Shown here one piece after another: positions 1 to 11,093 of a DNA stretch of 64,000 bases. Position numbers and translations under genes: made by a program. How positions within the stretch are numbered: the first letter of the stretch is position 1; every line of letters starts with the position of its first letter. The notes under the pieces are model-generated. The model did not search any database, was not told the origin of the DNA, and was given only the letters and a program-made list of their open reading frames with translations. Source of the DNA: Hydrurus foetidus (lineage: Eukaryota). The stretch is taken from positions 248,001 to 312,000 of the forward strand of contig UYFQ01000005.1 of assembly GCA_900617105.1 (NCBI GenBank), read 5' to 3'.

Positions 1-858
1 ATCCCCCCCATCCAATGCCTGCTGACCTTCGAGGCTTTGGCCCGTCTGCGCTCGGGCACCCAAGCCGCCGAAGAACTCTGCGTGACCCCCAGTGCCGTCA
101 GCCACCGGGTCAAGCAACTGGAGCAACTGCTGGGGACGCGGTTGTTTGGTCGGGCGGATTTTTCGCTCACCACAGAAGGCAGCGAATACCTCGCCCATGT
201 GCGCGAAGGGCTGGCGATGCTGTCGCGCTTTCCCAGCAGCGAGGCCGTGCCAGGCAAACGCAAGCTGCGTCTCGCCGTCACGCCCACGTTCGCCCGCTCG
301 CTCTTGATGCCGCGCTTGCGGCAGTTCATGGAAGCCTACCCCGAGATTGACCTGACGTTGCAAGTGTCCATCCCACTGTTGGACGTGGTGGCCGAAGATG
401 CCGACTTGACCATCCGCTTTGGCACCGGGCGCTATGCCGATGTGGAAAGCATTTGCCTTGTCAAAGACGATGTGACCCCTCTGGCTTCCCCCGCCTACCT
501 GCGTGTCCACGGCCCGTTTGACACGCCCGCCGATTTGCAGCGTGCCCAGCTCTTGCGCAGCCCGCTGGAACCCTGGCGCACCTGGTTTGCCGCACACGAG
601 CTCGATTGGCCTGAACCGGTTGACGGCTCCAGCTTCAACGACATTGGCCTGATGTGCGACGCTGCCGAGCAGGGCTTGGGCGTCGGGCTGGTGCGCCTCA
701 AACTTGGAAAACCGTGGCTGGACAACGCCTCGTTGGTGCGCATCTACCCGCGCAACGTGCCCTCGCCACACGCCCACTACCTGTGCTGGCACAGTGGCGC
801 AATGGACCGCTGGGAATGTTCAGCGTTTGCAGAGTGGCTCAAAAAAAGTCTGGAGTGA
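1..858 (+). CDS. LysR-family transcriptional regulator (GcvA-like), 5'-truncated by window edge
   Basis: Frame 1 is open from base 1 (IPPIQCLLTFEALARLRSGTQAAEELCVTPSAVSHRVKQLE = LysR HTH), followed by a substrate-binding domain (LMPRLRQFMEAYPEIDL). Confidence 0.9.
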   Translation: MPPIQCLLTFEALARLRSGTQAAEELCVTPSAVSHRVKQLEQLLGTRLFGRADFSLTTEGSEYLAHVREGLAMLSRFPSSEAVPGKRKLRLAVTPTFARSLLMPRLRQFMEAYPEIDLTLQVSIPLLDVVAEDADLTIRFGTGRYADVESICLVKDDVTPLASPAYLRVHGPFDTPADLQRAQLLRSPLEPWRTWFAAHELDWPEPVDGSSFNDIGLMCDAAEQGLGVGLVRLKLGKPWLDNASLVRIYPRNVPSPHAHYLCWHSGAMDRWECSAFAEWLKKSLE

Positions 859-987
859 TCCCTGTAACAGGGTACTCACAGTACATTGGCAGGGCACGTG
901 ATGCCCATTTCAAAGTACGCTTAAAAAATCATCAATGTGGCCGCCCCAGCTTGGCCCTAAAGTCAGCACGCTGAAAAGGAAACTTGC

Positions 988-2481
988 ATGAATGCCATCA
1001 CACCCCCTGCAATGCTACAAAAAAAAGAGCTAAAGATGCATGTGATACATGCGCTGCAAGCCGTTTTACCTGCCCACGCCCTGCTGTGGAGCCCCGAAGA
1101 CACCACACCCTACGAGTGCGACGGCCTCACCGCCTACCGCGAGCGCCCGCTGGCTGTTGCCCTGCCTGAGACCGAGGCCCAGGTGCAGGCCGTGCTGCAA
1201 ACCTGCCACCGCCTGAAAGTGCCCGTGGTCGCACGCGGTGCAGGCACGGGCCTTTCTGGCGGGGCCATGCCGCACGCCTTGGGGATCACGCTCAGCATGG
1301 CCAAGTTCAACCAGATCATCGCGCTGGACAAGCTCAGCCGCACCGCCGTTGTGCAGTGCGGGGTACGCAACCTCGCCATCAGCGAAGCGGCTGCCCCGTT
1401 GGGCCTGTACTACGCGCCCGACCCGTCCAGCCAAATCGCCTGCACCATAGGTGGCAACGTGGCCGAAAACTCTGGCGGCGTGCATTGCCTGAAATACGGC
1501 CTCACATTGCACAACGTGTTCAAAGTCAAAGGCTTCACCATCGAAGGCGAGGCCGTCGAGTTCGGCTCCGACGCGCTGGACAACCCCGGTTTTGACCTGC
1601 TGCCCCTCATCATCGGCAGCGAAGGCATGCTGGCCGTGACCACAGAAGTCACCGTCAAACTCATCCCCAAGCCGCAATTGGCACGGTGCATCATGGCCAG
1701 CTTTGACGACATGCGCAAAGCGGGCGATGCCGTCGCCACCCTGATCGCCGAGGGCATCATCCCGGCTGGCCTGGAGATGATGGACAAGCCCATGACCGCC
1801 GCCGTCGAAGACTTTGTACACGCCGGGTACGACCTCAGCGCCGCCGCGATTTTGCTGTGCGAAAGCGACGGCACGCCCGAAGAAGTGGAAGAAGAAATCG
1901 GCCGCATGAGCACCGTATTGCGCCACTGCGGTGCCACGGCCCTGACCGTCAGCCAAAGTGAAGCCGAGCGTCTGCGCTTTTGGAGTGGCCGCAAAAACGC
2001 CTTCCCCGCCAGTGGCCGCATCAGCCCCGATTACATGTGCATGGACAGCACCATCCCACGCAAACGCTTGGCCGACATCCTGCTGGCCATTGCCGAGATG
2101 GAAAAGAAATACCAACTCCGCTGCGCCAACGTCTTCCACGCGGGCGACGGTAACCTGCACCCGCTGATTTTGTTTGACGCAAACGACCCCGATCAACTCC
2201 ACCGCTGCGAGCTGTTCGGTGCCGACATTCTGGAAACCAGTGTGGCGATGGGCGGCACGGTAACGGGCGAGCACGGCGTGGGGATTGAGAAGCTCAACAG
2301 CATGTGCGTGCAGTTCAGCCCTGAAGAGCGCGAGCAGATGTTCGGCGTGAAGCGGGCGTTTGATTACCACGGCCTGCTGAATCCCGGCAAGGTGATCCCC
2401 ACGCTCTCGCGCTGCGCTGAATACGGGAAGATGGTGGTGCGGGGTGGGGTGTTGGCGCACCCGGAGTTGCCGAGGTTTTGA
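988..2481 (+). CDS. glcD: FAD-linked oxidase, glycolate oxidase subunit GlcD
   Basis: ARGAGTGLSGGA, YAPDPSSQIACTIGGNVAENSGGVHCLKYG, HAGDGNLHP, GEHGVG, LNPGK motifs. Confidence 0.85.
   Translation: MNAITPPAMLQKKELKMHVIHALQAVLPAHALLWSPEDTTPYECDGLTAYRERPLAVALPETEAQVQAVLQTCHRLKVPVVARGAGTGLSGGAMPHALGITLSMAKFNQIIALDKLSRTAVVQCGVRNLAISEAAAPLGLYYAPDPSSQIACTIGGNVAENSGGVHCLKYGLTLHNVFKVKGFTIEGEAVEFGSDALDNPGFDLLPLIIGSEGMLAVTTEVTVKLIPKPQLARCIMASFDDMRKAGDAVATLIAEGIIPAGLEMMDKPMTAAVEDFVHAGYDLSAAAILLCESDGTPEEVEEEIGRMSTVLRHCGATALTVSQSEAERLRFWSGRKNAFPASGRISPDYMCMDSTIPRKRLADILLAIAEMEKKYQLRCANVFHAGDGNLHPLILFDANDPDQLHRCELFGADILETSVAMGGTVTGEHGVGIEKLNSMCVQFSPEEREQMFGVKRAFDYHGLLNPGKVIPTLSRCAEYGKMVVRGGVLAHPELPRF
1014..1067 (+). 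repeat. Copy of dispersed GCTWY-N7-RWAGC element, inside glcD 5' end
   Basis: GCTACAAAAAAAAGAGC followed by TAAAGA-TGC-ATGTGATACA-TGCGCT-GCA-AGCCGTTTT; encodes LQKKELKMHVIHALQAVL. Confidence 0.7.
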
Positions 2482-2680
2482 TCCGTTGTTTTTGGGGCTT
2501 GAAACCGCCCTGATTGAACAAGGCACCATAGCACGCGGGCCCCAATGGCGCAAGCATTTAGCGGCGGGTAAGCGGTTGATGGCAGCGTCGATGTGAAGAT
2601 TGAAGGCAAATTAGGCCAATTCGTCTACTACACCCACCGCAAGCCCTCTGACAACCGTTACGATAGGTGCGCCCCTTGCC

Positions 2681-4624
2681 TTGCCCTCACCCCTCATGCC
2701 ACCGCCCTCCACCGATCAACAAGCGTTTGAAAAACGTCGCCTGCTCACCGATCCTGCCCAATGCCTGCACGCGGTAGCTATGAACGGCCTGGACTTGCGC
2801 TTTGTCGCCGAGCAGCTCAAAACCGATATGCTGTGCCGCATGGCCTGCCAGCGCAACGGTGGCGCACTGGCCTACGTGCCAGCGCCACTCAAAACCCGTG
2901 AACTGTGCCTGCTCGCCGCACGCAACGGCACGCAGCTGCACAGCATCCCCATCGCCTTGTGGGACGACGAACTCATTGCCGTGCTGGTACGCCACAACGG
3001 GCATGCGTTTTCCAGCCTGCCCCCGCACTTGCAAACCGATACGGCGGTGGCCGCTGCACTCAACGCGGGGCACATCAGCGGTGTCGAGCTGCATTTGCAA
3101 AACCCCAACGTCGCGCTGCTGGCGATTGCGGAAGACTTCCATGCCTGTGCCAAAGTACCCGGCTACCTGTTCACGCAAGCGGTGTTTGACGAGGCCGAAG
3201 CGCTGTACCGGCAAGATCCGCAATGGCCTGCTTTGGTGGTGCAGCGCAGACCGCGTGTACTGATTGGTGACACCGCGGCCACGCTGGGCAGTGACACGTT
3301 CAAGGCGATTTGGGCTTGCTACCTCAACGAAGATCTGTGCATCGCTGCCCTGTACGCGGGTGATGCGCTGTACCGCCTGCCCCGCCACCTGCTGACGCGC
3401 CGGGTGTGCGAGGCCGCGTTTGCGCTGGACAGCTTTAACCTCACCTGGATCCCCCCAGCATTTATCACCCCCGTTATGTGCGAGCGTGCCGTGCAGACCG
3501 CGTACGGCCAACTGCTGAGCGTGGTGCCCAAACACCTGATGACGCCTGCGCTTTGCCTGAGCGCGGTGCAGTTCAACGAAAACGCGCTGGCCTGCGTGCC
3601 CGAGGCCTGGCGCACCTTGCCGATGTACGTGGCTGCAGTCAAAGCCCACAGCGGCACGATTACCCAAGTGCCCGAGGTGATGCGACGCGATGTCTATACC
3701 CACTTGATCGTTGAAGACGCTGACAACGCGCCTTACTACTTCAGCAAACGCGCCACTGAAGCCAGCTTGCAGGGTGATTTTGCGCAAGCAGTCGCCGATT
3801 GCAGCGAAGTGATTCGTCACCGTCCCCAGCTGGCCGAGGCCTACTTCCAGCGTGCCGATGCCCTGCACGCCCTGGGGCAATGGCCGCAGGCGTTCATTGA
3901 CGTGCAAACCACGCTGGCGCTGCAAGAAAGCCAGCCATGGGCCAACAACCTGCTGGGGGTACTACTCGAATGCGGCGGTATGCAGGAAGACCTGCCCGAT
4001 GCCATCCACGCTTACACACGAGAAATCAAGCACCACCCCACAGCCATCAAACCGCTGCTGAACCGTGCCGAGCTGCTCCTCAAACTGGGCAACGGTGGCC
4101 GTGCCAACGACGACATTGAACTGGCACTGTACCTAGACCCCCACAGCGACCGAGCCCGTTACCTGCTGGGCTATTTGGGCTATGAGGCGGGGGACATTGA
4201 AGCCTCACAAGCGGACTACCGCGCTGCTGTGAAAGCCAACCCAGCGGCCCATTACCAGAGCTATGCGGACTTTGCCCCCGCTGCCACCTCGTGTACCGCC
4301 CTGAGCCCCGATACCCTCGGCATACCCCGCACATCGGAACAATGGGAAGCCGCCATCCAGCAACGACCGGCCCTCATCAAGCGCTTGCCACACGCCCTGC
4401 GAACCGCCGCGATGTACGCGCTGGCGCTGAAACTTGACCCCACACTGATGCCCGATATGCCGCTGGCGCTGAAACCTCCGCCGCCTAAACCCAAGGACAA
4501 AAGCTGGCCCGAACAGGCACTGGACGAATCCCTGCGCACCGGCAAGGGGATGCGTCACTGGGGACGGGTGTACAACATCATCAAGGTGTTCGCTAAATCG
4601 GGGTGGCAGCGCAAAGAGCGCTGA
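2681..4624 (+). CDS. Helical-repeat protein: DUF4116-like repeats plus TPR block
   Basis: ~24-aa repeats (VPAPLKTRELCLLAA, LPRHLLTRRVCEAAF, VPKHLMTPALCLSAV) followed by TPR-like motifs (AEAYFQRADALHALGQWPQAFID). Start codon uncertain (TTG 2681 or ATG 2696). Confidence 0.7.
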   Translation: MPSPLMPPPSTDQQAFEKRRLLTDPAQCLHAVAMNGLDLRFVAEQLKTDMLCRMACQRNGGALAYVPAPLKTRELCLLAARNGTQLHSIPIALWDDELIAVLVRHNGHAFSSLPPHLQTDTAVAAALNAGHISGVELHLQNPNVALLAIAEDFHACAKVPGYLFTQAVFDEAEALYRQDPQWPALVVQRRPRVLIGDTAATLGSDTFKAIWACYLNEDLCIAALYAGDALYRLPRHLLTRRVCEAAFALDSFNLTWIPPAFITPVMCERAVQTAYGQLLSVVPKHLMTPALCLSAVQFNENALACVPEAWRTLPMYVAAVKAHSGTITQVPEVMRRDVYTHLIVEDADNAPYYFSKRATEASLQGDFAQAVADCSEVIRHRPQLAEAYFQRADALHALGQWPQAFIDVQTTLALQESQPWANNLLGVLLECGGMQEDLPDAIHAYTREIKHHPTAIKPLLNRAELLLKLGNGGRANDDIELALYLDPHSDRARYLLGYLGYEAGDIEASQADYRAAVKANPAAHYQSYADFAPAATSCTALSPDTLGIPRTSEQWEAAIQQRPALIKRLPHALRTAAMYALALKLDPTLMPDMPLALKPPPPKPKDKSWPEQALDESLRTGKGMRHWGRVYNIIKVFAKSGWQRKER

Positions 4625-4640
4625 CCCGCCAACTTCAACA

Positions 4641-7600
4641 TCACGCCCGCGCCAACACCGCCGCCAAGGCCTTCCCCGTGTGCGTGCCCAGGCGCACCAC
4701 CTCTTCAGGCGTGGCAGCCGCCACGATGCGGCCACCGCCGTTGCCGCCTTCGGGGCCAAGATCGACCACCCAATCGGCTTCGGCGATCACGTCCAGGTCA
4801 TGTTCGATGACGACTACGCTGTGACCACCACCTACCAAACGGTGCAGCACCTGGATAAGTTTTTCGACATCGGCCATGTGCAGCCCTACCGTGGGTTCGT
4901 CCAGCACGTAAAGCGTATGCGGGGCTTTTTGACCTCGCCGAGTCACGTCATCACGGACTTTGCTCAGCTCTGTGACCAGCTTGATGCGTTGCGCTTCACC
5001 ACCGCTCAGCGTGGGCGACGGCTGGCCCAGCGTCAAGTAGCCCAGGCCCACGTCTTTCAGCAGTTGCAGGGGGTGGCTGATGTTGGGCATGGCTTTGAAA
5101 AACTCGACGGATTCGTCCACTTCCATGTGCAGCACGTCACCAATGCTTTTGCCGCGCCACGTCACCGCCAGGGTTTCGGGGTTGAAGCGTGCGCCGTGGC
5201 AGGTCTCACACGGGACTTTCACGTCGGGCAGAAAGCTCATCTCGATGGTGCGCACGCCCTGGCCTTCGCAGCTGGGGCAGCGGCCTTCGCCGGTATTAAA
5301 ACTGAAGCGGCCAGCGGTGTAGCCACGGGCTTTTGCTTCCAGAGTTTCAGCGAAAAGCTTGCGGATAGTGTCCCAAAAACCGATGTAGGTGGCGGGGCAG
5401 CTGCGGGGGGTTTTTCCGATGGGGGTTTGATCGACTTCGAGCACGCGGTCTACGGACTCGTAACCGCTGACGTTGGCGCAACCCGTCCAGGTGGGGAATT
5501 CGCCTGCGGCCATCGCGTCACGACCGGCTTTGGTGCTGCGCTGGGCTACGGCGGCGTGGACGTTGGCGAGGAGGACATCGCGGGCCAGGGTGGATTTGCC
5601 GGAACCGGAAACGCCGGTGATGGCGACGAGGCGCTGGAGAGGGACTTGGAGGGTGACGTTCTGGAGGTTGTGGAGGTTGGCGGCTTGGACGGTGATCCAA
5701 GAAGAATGGGGGTCAGATTCCAATTGTTTTGGCGTTGTTGCCTCCACCTTGCGCCGGGGCATCAAAGGGTGCTTCATGGCGTGGAGGAGGTAGCGGCCGG
5801 TGACGCTGTCGGTGGCGGAGGAGATGTCGCTGACTTTGCCCTCTGCCACCAGCCTGCCACCGCGTTTGCCGGCGCTGGGGCCGATGTCGATGATGTGGTC
5901 GGCGCGGCGGATGGTGTCTTCGTCGTGCTCGACGACGACCAGGGTGTTGCCCTTGTCGCTCAAGCTTTGCAGGGCGCTCAGCAGGATGTGGTTGTCGCGA
6001 GCGTGCAGGCCGATGGTGGGTTCGTCCAGCACGTAGCACACGCCTTGCAGGTTGCTGCCGAGCTGGGCGGCGAGGCGGATGCGCTGGGCTTCGCCGCCGC
6101 TGAGCGTGGGTGCGCCACGGTCTAGCGTGAGGTAGCCCAAGCCCACTTCTTCGAGGAAGGCGAGTCGGCCTTTGATCTCGGGAATCAAGTCGCGGGCAAT
6201 GTCGGCATCTCGGCCTGTGAGGATGAGGGCTTCCATCCACTGGCGCAATTCGGTGACGCTTAATCCGGCAAGGTAGCTTATGGATACTGCGTTAGCAGCT
6301 ACGGATTCTGTAGCACCAAACTGCACGGCACGGGCGGTCGGGTTAAGGCGCGTGCCGTGGCAGGTGGCGCAGGGCTTGTCGCTCAGGTCTTCCACTTCGG
6401 GCTCTGCGAATGTTTGCTCACGGCCTTTGTTATCGTCATCGCGAATGGAGTCGTCCAGGGCTTTGCGCTGCTCTTTGGTCAGGCCTACGCCCGTACCCAC
6501 GCAGTCGGGGCACCAGCCATGTTTGCTGTTGTAGCTGAAGAGGCGTGGGTCGAGCTCGGCGTAGCTGGTGGCACAGACGGGACAGGCGCGTTTGCTGGAA
6601 AAGGCCGTGAGTTTGCCAATACTGGCTGTTGGCGCATGGGTTTCCATCGCCACTCTCAAGCCGCCCAAATCACTCAGGATGTGAACCACGCCTTTGCCAT
6701 GTTCCAAGGCTGTGGCCAAGCTATGGCGCAGCAGAGCTTCGTTCTCGGGCAGCACATCCAGGCTCATCACGGGCAGCTCGATGGTGTGCTCTTTGAAGCG
6801 GTCAATGCGTGGGAAGCCGGTAGTGGGCAGGAAGTTACCATCCACGCGCAGGTGGGTGTAGCCACGTGGACGCGCCCAATCGGCCAGCTCGGTGTAGACG
6901 CCTTTGCGGTTCATCACTAAGGGCGCGAGCAGACCGATGTGCTGGCCCCGGAAGGTTTTGAGCAGTTGGGCGGCGATGCTGTCGGGCGTTTGCGGCTGCA
7001 CGGCCGTGCCGTCATGAATGCAGTGCTGTACGCCCAGTTTGACGTAAAGCAGGCGCAGGAAGTGCCAGACTTCGGTGGTGGTGCCCACGGTGCTTTTGCG
7101 CCCGCCCCGGCTCAGGCGCTGCTCGATGGCGACTGTGGGTGGGATGCCATACACCGCGTCCACCTCGGGGCGGCCTGCGGGCTGGACGATGCTGCGAGCG
7201 TAGGCGTTGAGGCTTTCCAGGTAGCGGCGCTGGCCTTCGTTGAACAGGATGTCAAAGGCGAGCGTGGATTTGCCCGAGCCGCTGACACCGGTGACGACGC
7301 TGAATTTGCCATGTGGGATGTTGACGCTGAGGGATTTGAGGTTGTGCTCTTTGGCGTTGACGATTTGGATCGCATCCAGCAACGGTGGCCGGACGACGGA
7401 CACCGCCGGTGCCTTTGCCTTGTCTTGCACCAAGTGCGACCCCCCCCCCATTGCCCCCTCGTACTCCCGCAGCGCTTTGCCGGTGTGCGAGCTGGGGTGC
7501 AGGCGCAGGTCTTCGGGCGTGCCCTCGGCGACGATCAGGCCACCAGCTTCACCGCCTTCGGGGCCTAAATCAATCAGCCAATCGCTGGCGCGAATCACGT

Positions 7601-10457
7601 CGAGGTTGTGTTCAATGACAACCAGAGAATGGCCTGCGTCCAGCAGTTTGCGCAGGGCGCGCATCAGTTTGGCAATGTCGTCGAAATGCAGGCCGGTGGT
7701 GGGTTCATCGAACAGGAACAGCGTGCCCTTGGTGGCTTTGGCTTGGCGGCTGGCGGTGGCGTTCTTGGCGGCTTCAGCCAGGAAGCCTGCGAGCTTCAAA
7801 CGTTGGGATTCGCCGCCGCTGAGCGTGGGCACGGGTTGGCCGAGTTTCACGTACTCCAGGCCCACGTCCACAATGGGCTGTAGCGCCCGCAGCACGTCAC
7901 GGTCAGCTACAAATAGCGTAGCAGCCTCGCTGACGGTGAGGTTCAAAATATCGGCCACATTCAGCAGCCGCCCGCCGCGTTCCACGGTGACTTCCAGAAT
8001 TTCGGGTCGGTAGCGTTTACCGTCGCAGTCTTGGCAGCGCAGGTAGACATCGCTCAAAAACTGCATCTCCACATGCTCAAAGCCCGAGCCGCCGCACAGC
8101 GCACAACGGCCATCGCCGCTGTTGAAGCTGAATTTGCTGGCGGTGTAGCCACGCTGATTAGAGAGTGGTGCTGTCGCAAAAATCTCGCGTACCGCGTCCC
8201 ATGCCCCCACGTAGCTCGCAGGGTTGGAGCGAGCAGTTTTGCCGATGGGCGACTGATCGACGAAGACCACATCGGAAAGAAAATCGGCCCCCATCAGGCG
8301 GTCATGCAGGCCGGGGGATTCGGTGGCGCGGCCAAAGTGGCGCATCAAGGCTGGGGCCAGCACGTCCTGAATCAGCGTGGATTTGCCCGATCCACTGACA
8401 CCCGTGATGCACACCAGCCGCTGCAAGGGGATATCGACGCTGACGTTGTGCAGGTTGTGTTCGCGCACGCCTTCCAGCACGAGGCGCGGCGTGTTGTCCG
8501 TCACCATGCGTTTGAAGCCAAAACCCACCTGCTTGCGGCCACCGAGGTAAGCCCCGGTGAGGGTGTCAGCATGGCGCAAGTCCTCGGTACTGCCATCGAA
8601 CACGATCTGCCCGCCCTTCTCGCCCGGCCCTGGCCCCATGTCGATCATGCGGTCGGCGGCGAACATCACCGCCGGGTCATGCTCCACCACCACCAGCGTG
8701 TTGCCCGCGTCGCGCAGACGCTGCATCGCCACGATGATGCGACCCATGTCACGCGGGTGCAAGCCGATGCTGGGTTCGTCCAGCACGAACAGCGTGTTGA
8801 CCAGCGAGGTGCCTAAAGCCGTAGTGAGGTTGATGCGCTGCACCTCACCGCCGCTCAAGGTGCGGCTTTGGCGGTCTAGCGTGAGGTAGCCAATGCCCAC
8901 ATCAGCGAGGTAGCGCAGGCGGGTACGGATTTCATCGAAAAGCAGCGCCAGCGCCCGTGCATCGTGGTCAGTCGCTTCAAAATGAATAGCATCGAAGAAG
9001 CGCCAAAGGCGGTCTATGGGCAGCAGCATCACATCGTGCAGGCACAGCCCCGGCAAGGCTTCCAACTGGTCGCGTGACCACAGGACACCGACGGGCGAGA
9101 AGCGTTTGGCCGGTGGCAGCACGGCATCGGCATCTTCTTTGGTGCCGATGCGCCACAGCAAGCTCTCGGTTTTCAGACGCGCACCTGCGCAGGTCGGGCA
9201 CGGCGTGTAGCTACGGTATTTGGACAGCAGCACCCGGATGTGCATCTTGTACGCCTTGGTCTCCAGGTACTCAAAGAAGCGTTTGATGCCAAACCAGTGC
9301 TGGTTCCACTTGCCGTTCCAGTTCGGCGAACCGTTAATGACCCAGTGCTGTTGCTCTGCGGTGAGCTTGTTCCAGGGTGTATCGCGCGGGATGCCTGCGG
9401 TTTCGGCGTGGCGCATCAAATCGTCTTGGCATTCCTTCCAGGCGGGGGTCTGGATGGTTTTGATGGCCCCGGCACGCAGCGTGAGTTTGTCGTTGGGAAT
9501 GACGAGGCCGTAATCCACACCAATCACCCGGCCAAAGCCCCGGCAGGTTTCACAAGCCCCGACAGCAGAATTGAACGAGAAGGCGGACGGAATCGGGTCG
9601 GTGTAGCGCAGATCGCTTTCGGGGCAATGCAAGCCGGTGGAAAACTTCCAAATCACCGCCTCCGTCTCATCACCCAACACGTAAACATTCAAACGCCCAG
9701 CCCCCCGCTTGAGCGCGACTTCAATGGCCTCAACCACACGGACTTTCTCCGTGTTGCCCAAACGGAAGCGGTCAGCCACCACATCCAGCACTTTGCGCGT
9801 CGCGTTGCCGTCTTTGGCTGCGGCCTCCGCCTTTTTCTCCTTTTTTGCTGCTTTTTCAGTAGCTGCCTTAGCAGATACAGCTTGCACTACTGCCACTTCA
9901 CGTTCCGCCTGCACCTTGGTAAACCCACTGGCTGACAGCCACTGCGCCACCTCATCCGCCGTGGTGTTGGCGGGCAGCTCCACAGGGAACGTCAGCACCA
10001 GACGCGGATCGCCCAGTGCCGCCGCTTTGGCCTGAAGTTGGGCGTAAATCGTGTCAGGGGAATCGAGGCGCACCGGCAGGGCGGTGTCTTTGTCAAACAA
10101 CTGGCCGGCACGGGCAAAGAGCAGCTTCAGGTGGTCGTTCAACTCCGTCATCGTGCCTACGGTAGAACGTGAGCTACGAACCGGGTTGGTTTGGTCGATG
10201 GCAATGGCAGGCGGCACACCGTCCACGCGGTCTACGGCAGGCTTGTCCATGCGGTCGAGGAACTGGCGGGCGTAGGCAGAGAAAGTTTCCACATAGCGCC
10301 GCTGGCCTTCGGCGAACAGGGTGTCAAACACCAGACTGGATTTGCCCGAGCCACTGGGGCCGGTCACGACGGTCAACTCCCCGGTGCGGATGTCCAGATC
10401 CAGATTTTTAAGGTTGTGCTGACGTGCGCCGCGTATGCGGATGAGACCCTGGGGCAT
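4641..10457 (-). CDS. uvrA: Double-length excinuclease ABC subunit A (UvrA-like, ~1938 aa, four ABC ATPase modules)
   Basis: Starts [18 protein letters not shown]; four Walker A (GxSGSGKS), four LSGGE signatures, four DEP Walker B motifs, and CxxC zinc-finger pairs. Confidence 0.92.
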   Translation of the reverse strand: MPQGLIRIRGARQHNLKNLDLDIRTGELTVVTGPSGSGKSSLVFDTLFAEGQRRYVETFSAYARQFLDRMDKPAVDRVDGVPPAIAIDQTNPVRSSRSTVGTMTELNDHLKLLFARAGQLFDKDTALPVRLDSPDTIYAQLQAKAAALGDPRLVLTFPVELPANTTADEVAQWLSASGFTKVQAEREVAVVQAVSAKAATEKAAKKEKKAEAAAKDGNATRKVLDVVADRFRLGNTEKVRVVEAIEVALKRGAGRLNVYVLGDETEAVIWKFSTGLHCPESDLRYTDPIPSAFSFNSAVGACETCRGFGRVIGVDYGLVIPNDKLTLRAGAIKTIQTPAWKECQDDLMRHAETAGIPRDTPWNKLTAEQQHWVINGSPNWNGKWNQHWFGIKRFFEYLETKAYKMHIRVLLSKYRSYTPCPTCAGARLKTESLLWRIGTKEDADAVLPPAKRFSPVGVLWSRDQLEALPGLCLHDVMLLPIDRLWRFFDAIHFEATDHDARALALLFDEIRTRLRYLADVGIGYLTLDRQSRTLSGGEVQRINLTTALGTSLVNTLFVLDEPSIGLHPRDMGRIIVAMQRLRDAGNTLVVVEHDPAVMFAADRMIDMGPGPGEKGGQIVFDGSTEDLRHADTLTGAYLGGRKQVGFGFKRMVTDNTPRLVLEGVREHNLHNVSVDIPLQRLVCITGVSGSGKSTLIQDVLAPALMRHFGRATESPGLHDRLMGADFLSDVVFVDQSPIGKTARSNPASYVGAWDAVREIFATAPLSNQRGYTASKFSFNSGDGRCALCGGSGFEHVEMQFLSDVYLRCQDCDGKRYRPEILEVTVERGGRLLNVADILNLTVSEAATLFVADRDVLRALQPIVDVGLEYVKLGQPVPTLSGGESQRLKLAGFLAEAAKNATASRQAKATKGTLFLFDEPTTGLHFDDIAKLMRALRKLLDAGHSLVVIEHNLDVIRASDWLIDLGPEGGEAGGLIVAEGTPEDLRLHPSSHTGKALREYEGAMGGGSHLVQDKAKAPAVSVVRPPLLDAIQIVNAKEHNLKSLSVNIPHGKFSVVTGVSGSGKSTLAFDILFNEGQRRYLESLNAYARSIVQPAGRPEVDAVYGIPPTVAIEQRLSRGGRKSTVGTTTEVWHFLRLLYVKLGVQHCIHDGTAVQPQTPDSIAAQLLKTFRGQHIGLLAPLVMNRKGVYTELADWARPRGYTHLRVDGNFLPTTGFPRIDRFKEHTIELPVMSLDVLPENEALLRHSLATALEHGKGVVHILSDLGGLRVAMETHAPTASIGKLTAFSSKRACPVCATSYAELDPRLFSYNSKHGWCPDCVGTGVGLTKEQRKALDDSIRDDDNKGREQTFAEPEVEDLSDKPCATCHGTRLNPTARAVQFGATESVAANAVSISYLAGLSVTELRQWMEALILTGRDADIARDLIPEIKGRLAFLEEVGLGYLTLDRGAPTLSGGEAQRIRLAAQLGSNLQGVCYVLDEPTIGLHARDNHILLSALQSLSDKGNTLVVVEHDEDTIRRADHIIDIGPSAGKRGGRLVAEGKVSDISSATDSVTGRYLLHAMKHPLMPRRKVEATTPKQLESDPHSSWITVQAANLHNLQNVTLQVPLQRLVAITGVSGSGKSTLARDVLLANVHAAVAQRSTKAGRDAMAAGEFPTWTGCANVSGYESVDRVLEVDQTPIGKTPRSCPATYIGFWDTIRKLFAETLEAKARGYTAGRFSFNTGEGRCPSCEGQGVRTIEMSFLPDVKVPCETCHGARFNPETLAVTWRGKSIGDVLHMEVDESVEFFKAMPNISHPLQLLKDVGLGYLTLGQPSPTLSGGEAQRIKLVTELSKVRDDVTRRGQKAPHTLYVLDEPTVGLHMADVEKLIQVLHRLVGGGHSVVVIEHDLDVIAEADWVVDLGPEGGNGGGRIVAAATPEEVVRLGTHTGKALAAVLARA
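6263..6314 (-). repeat. Copy of dispersed element inside uvrA
   Basis: Core GCTACGGATTCTGTAGC (6298-6314); encodes [17 protein letters not shown]. Confidence 0.7.
7871..7922 (-). repeat. Copy of dispersed element inside uvrA
   Basis: Core GCTACAAATAGCGTAGC (7906-7922), flank GGCGCTACAGCCCATT on the minus strand; encodes [17 protein letters not shown]. Confidence 0.7.
8940..8990 (-). repeat. Copy of dispersed element inside uvrA
   Basis: Core GCTTCAAAATGAATAGC (8974-8990); encodes [16 protein letters not shown]. Confidence 0.6.
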
Positions 10458-10558
10458 GGGGAGGCTTTCCTGAATGAGACCCGAGCATTCTAGGGAGATG
10501 TGGGGAAAGGTGGGGCAAGACGCTGACCAATGCGATGCCTCATGATCCTTGAAAAATA

Positions 10559-10572
10559 TGCTCAAATGAGCA
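10559..10572. promoter_or_regulatory. Palindrome TGCTCA-AA-TGAGCA, candidate autoregulatory operator of the Xre-RES operon
   Basis: Perfect 6-bp inverted repeat in the AT-rich divergent intergenic region, ~40 bp upstream of the antitoxin start. Confidence 0.45.
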
Positions 10573-10613
10573 ATAATAAAATCTCAAATAAGTAAATCCA
10601 TACCAAGGCCACC

Positions 10614-11093
10614 ATGCTCAAGCACGCACTTTCCAGCACAGACCAAGGCTCGGTCAAATTCGGCCCCTTGAACTTTTTGACGATGTACCAAGCCGACCCG
10701 ATGGAACGCATTGCCATCGTGAAACGCGGTGTGCCCGCCTCGGGTGTGGATGCCTTGGCCAAGCGCATGGGGATGCCCAAGGAGCGACTGGTGGTCACGT
10801 TGGGCTTGGCGCGGGCGACGGTAGACCGCAAAGCCCGCGCGAACCAAGCGCTATCGCGTGACGACAGTTCACGCTTGCTGGGCATGGCACGTTTGGTCGG
10901 TCAAGTCCAAGCGATGGTGGAAGAGTCGGGTGAGCCAGAGGGTTTCAATGCCGCGCTGTGGGTGGCAGCATGGCTGGAGCGTGCCTTGCCTGCTTTGGGC
11001 GGCAAACGGCCTGCGGAGTTCATGGACACGTCAGAGGGCCAAAGTCTGGTGTCGGGCCTGATGGCACGCATCCAAACTGGTGCTTACGCTTGA
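10614..11093 (+). CDS. Xre/MbcA/ParS-family antitoxin (HTH plus DUF2384-type C-terminus)
   Basis: ERIAIVKRGVP, LGLARATVDRK, WLERALPALGGKRPAEFMDTSEGQSLV...GAYA; overlaps the RES gene. Confidence 0.85.
   Translation: MLKHALSSTDQGSVKFGPLNFLTMYQADPMERIAIVKRGVPASGVDALAKRMGMPKERLVVTLGLARATVDRKARANQALSRDDSSRLLGMARLVGQVQAMVEESGEPEGFNAALWVAAWLERALPALGGKRPAEFMDTSEGQSLVSGLMARIQTGAYA

Noticed and set aside
860..872. Palindrome CCCTGTAACAGGG after the LysR stop codon, considered as an SOS box or operator
   Set aside because: Spacing does not match CTGT-N8-ACAG, and a single short palindrome cannot be assigned.
1066..2553. 495-aa minus-strand ORF opposite glcD (likewise 2687-3925, 4680-6125, 25585-27231, 34362-35549, 39654-40640)
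   Set aside because: Antisense shadow ORFs expected in GC-rich coding DNA; they have no recognisable motifs, and the opposite strand carries clear conserved genes.
2482..2680. Possible gene remnant between glcD and the repeat protein
   Set aside because: Short peptide-like reads (e.g. DGSVDVKIEGKLGQFVYYTHR), but no family I can recognise.
10458..10565. ORF-track N-terminal extensions of uvrA (also aceK to 38877, hmgL to 24455, ruvA to 57881, RES from 10958)
   Set aside because: Family homology begins at downstream start codons, and the extensions overlap neighbouring genes or promoters.
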